64,000 bases of DNA from NCBI GenBank assembly GCA_041483195.1, contig JBGPFC010000003.1, positions 1-64,000 of the forward strand, written 5' to 3'. The stretch comes from Candidatus Eiseniibacteriota bacterium (GTDB taxonomy: Bacteria > Eisenbacteria > RBG-16-71-46). The position numbers and the translations under genes are program-made. The notes under the pieces are model-generated. The model did not search any database. It saw only the letters and a program-made list of their open reading frames with translations, and had not been told where the DNA came from. Shown here piece after piece: positions 61,770 through 64,000 of the stretch. Position 1 is the stretch's first letter, and each line of letters opens with the position of its first letter.

Positions 61770-62351
61770 ATGTGGCGAATCATCGGCGATGCGCTGAAGC
61801 AGGGGGTGGTGACCGGCAAGGCCGGCGCCTCGCTCCCGCCCGAGCTGGCGCCCGCCCAGCGCGAGCCGGAGGCCGCGCACGAGGCGCTGGGCCAGGCGCT
61901 GCGTGCCGAGATCCAGCGCGTGTTCAGGCGCTCCTTCAAGCTGCGCCACGTGGACTGCGGCTCGTGCAACGGCTGCGAGAGCGAGCTGCAGGCGCTGCTC
62001 AATCCGTTCTACGACCTCCAGCGCTTCGGCATCGACTTCGTGGCGTCGCCCCGCCACGCCGACGCGCTGATCGTGACCGGCCCTCCCACGCGGCACCTCG
62101 TCGAGGCGCTGCGCCTCACCGACGAGGCGACGCCGCGTCCGCGCATGATCGTCGCGATCGGTGATTGCGCGTGCCACGGGGGATTCTGCGCGGGATCGTT
62201 CGCGACGCTCGAAGGCGTGCACGAGGTGGTGCCGGTCGACCTGCGCATTCCGGGCTGCCCGCCGCGGCCCGCCGCCATCATCCGCGGATTGTTGAGTGCG
62301 CTCGGACGCTCCGCGCCCGGCGCGATGGTGTCCGGCTCCGCACGGGTCTGA
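61770..62351 (+). CDS. hyfI: Group 4 hydrogenase small subunit (NuoB-like)
   Basis: CGSCNGCE, SPRHAD, GDCA and IPGCPP. Confidence 0.92.
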   Translation: MWRIIGDALKQGVVTGKAGASLPPELAPAQREPEAAHEALGQALRAEIQRVFRRSFKLRHVDCGSCNGCESELQALLNPFYDLQRFGIDFVASPRHADALIVTGPPTRHLVEALRLTDEATPRPRMIVAIGDCACHGGFCAGSFATLEGVHEVVPVDLRIPGCPPRPAAIIRGLLSALGRSAPGAMVSGSARV

Positions 62352-62374
62352 CCCCGCGCGCGGCCCCGCGCGCT

Positions 62375-63004
62375 TCAGAAGCGAATGGCTACCGCGAGCG
62401 CCGGGGCGCGCGCGTCGCGGGTCACGCCCAGACCGACCGTCGCGTGCGCGCGCAGCCAATCGGCGTTGCGCCGGTCCACGTGGTCCGGAACGACCACCAC
62501 GTCCCACACCGCGGAGGTCCCTACCACCGCGGCCCCGAGCACCATGACCAGGATGCCGGGGCCGAAATCGGAGGACGTCTCGCCGCGCCAGTAGCCGTCC
62601 GGCGCGGCGGCCAAGGCGACGATTCCGAAGCCCAGCGCGCGCACACCCATGCCGATCGCGCCGCGGCGCGCGAGCCCGCCGTAGAGGAAACCCGCGGCCG
62701 GCGTGATCACCTCGGCGCCGAGCGCCGCCAGCCCGATGCGCGGGTCGTGATCGCGGGTGCTGGCAGACGAGGCGATGGCGACCGGCAGCGCAGTCCCCAC
62801 GGCGCTCAGCAGCAGCGCGACGCCGGGCCAGGGATGCGGCACCGAGTCGAGCGCGGTCGGCGCGGCGTGCGGAAGGCCGCGCTCGATGATCGCACCGCGT
62901 CCGCGGGCCGCGTCATGCGAAGCCGGAGCCGCCGCGCCCGCGTTCGACGCGAGCGCGGCCAGCCCGAGGACGAGGGCGAGCATCGCGCGCACGCGCGGCC
63001 TCAC
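62375..63004 (-). CDS. Hypothetical exported/membrane protein
   Basis: Signal-like N-terminus, hydrophobic segments and C-terminal VAIRF; start uncertain. Confidence 0.55.
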   Translation of the reverse strand: MRPRVRAMLALVLGLAALASNAGAAAPASHDAARGRGAIIERGLPHAAPTALDSVPHPWPGVALLLSAVGTALPVAIASSASTRDHDPRIGLAALGAEVITPAAGFLYGGLARRGAIGMGVRALGFGIVALAAAPDGYWRGETSSDFGPGILVMVLGAAVVGTSAVWDVVVVPDHVDRRNADWLRAHATVGLGVTRDARAPALAVAIRF

Positions 63005-63005
63005 C

Positions 63006-63236
63006 TCACCAGATGTGCCAGATGAGGTGCGCACAGAGATAGACGACCGTCCAGGTCATACCCAAACTCACCGCGTTACCGAGTCGCGGCGCCGGCCGGG
63101 TGCTCGCTGCCGACCCGATCCATCCCAACGGGAAGCTGAGCATGATGAAGCCCGCCGGAATCCAGCTCTTCGTCAGGAAGCCGGAGGCCGCGCCGGCCAG
63201 GGCGGCATATGCGAGTGCGATCAGGAAGTTTTTCAT
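63006..63236 (-). CDS. Small hydrophobic membrane protein (76 aa)
   Basis: MKNFLIALAYAALAGAASGFL...; start overlaps the upstream stop (TGATG). Confidence 0.55.
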   Translation of the reverse strand: MKNFLIALAYAALAGAASGFLTKSWIPAGFIMLSFPLGWIGSAASTRPAPRLGNAVSLGMTWTVVYLCAHLIWHIW

Positions 63237-64000
63237 CAGTGAATGTGGGTGGTGTCCGGTGGAGTGACCCAGAACATCCTGTCGGCCGACCACATCCCGA
63301 ATATCGTACCGAGCGCTACGCGTCCCACAGCATCGAACATCGTGCCGGGCGGCCAATCGCGGAAGGATACCAGAATCCCGACCGCGCCGATTTCCGCCCC
63401 AGCCATGATCGTCTTCGTTTGCATGGCGGCAAGATACTGCGTCCCGGGAGAGAGATGGGGTTGAAACATGAAGGGGGTGCTGGTCTCGAACGTCGTGTAT
63501 CGGAACTCCAGGGCCTCATCATTCCACAGCGGATGCGGGGCGATGGCACCGTCTTCCAGGCCCGGATCCGCGAGCGCGCCTCCGGCCTCCGTGGACGTCA
63601 CGCCGATCATCGCGAAGATCTCGTCCGATGGATTGTCCGACAGCGTGAAGACGCCGGACGAATCCCGCAGGGTCATGCCCAGCACCTGAGTCGTGGGCAC
63701 AAACCCCACCTCGGGGACGAAATAGGGCTTCGTGGCGACGATCAGGACGGGCTGATCCGCGCCGTGTGCCAGCGGATCGAACCCGGGCTTCTCGAAAGCG
63801 ATCACCGCGCATGCGTACCCGTCGCGGGTGGCGCCCAGGTCCAGGTCTGCCCGGCGAACGTAACCGCGGGCGGTCATCGTTTCGATTGCGCCCTGCACGC
63901 AGGTCAGCTCGAGCGCGTGATGCCGAACCTCGGCTGCATCGCGCATCCCGAAGGGAAGGCTGTTCGGCCCGCCGCGCCACTGGGTCGGACAGATGAAGCC
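63236..64000 (-). CDS. Hypothetical protein, C-terminal part (frame open to the window end)
   Basis: Frame is open from 64000 to the stop at 63236; Gly/Ala-rich hydrophobic hairpin near the C-terminus. Confidence 0.55.
   Translation of the reverse strand, partial: GFICPTQWRGGPNSLPFGMRDAAEVRHHALELTCVQGAIETMTARGYVRRADLDLGATRDGYACAVIAFEKPGFDPLAHGADQPVLIVATKPYFVPEVGFVPTTQVLGMTLRDSSGVFTLSDNPSDEIFAMIGVTSTEAGGALADPGLEDGAIAPHPLWNDEALEFRYTTFETSTPFMFQPHLSPGTQYLAAMQTKTIMAGAEIGAVGILVSFRDWPPGTMFDAVGRVALGTIFGMWSADRMFWVTPPDTTHIH

Overview
A very GC-rich, gene-dense bacterial chromosomal segment. The C-terminally sorted secreted proteins, eukaryote-like Ser/Thr kinases and sigma54 regulators suggest an uncultured diderm such as Candidatus Eisenbacteria or a relative (inference only). 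Core content: ppx/gppA, rlmN, an NtrY/NtrX-like two-component pair, an ECF sigma/anti-sigma locus, eno-ftsB, initiator tRNA-Met, a caa3-type cytochrome c oxidase cluster with heme O/A synthases, hsp20-lon and a six-gene group-4 hydrogenase-like complex. Accessory content: a HepT/MntA toxin-antitoxin pair, a GH1 plus MMPL-LolA-like fusion, a 14-repeat beta-propeller, two GIDE/BAM-like genes with lemA, and a PKD/FGE-domain lipoprotein. Most notable: (1) an OsmC-like gene split by an in-frame UGA at the catalytic Cys position and followed by a SECIS-like hairpin (probable selenoprotein); (2) a small secreted 'SGEPD' protein directly upstream of a TPR protein that the ORF track missed (candidate peptide-receptor signalling pair); (3) an Ehr-like complex whose large subunit keeps all four Ni-binding cysteines; (4) an MMPL transporter joined to a lipid-carrier-like domain through an internal signal peptide; (5) a GIDE-GIDE-LemA operon behind a sigma28-like promoter. 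No CRISPR array, rRNA gene, transposase or integrase was seen. All family assignments come from reading motifs by eye; no searches were run.
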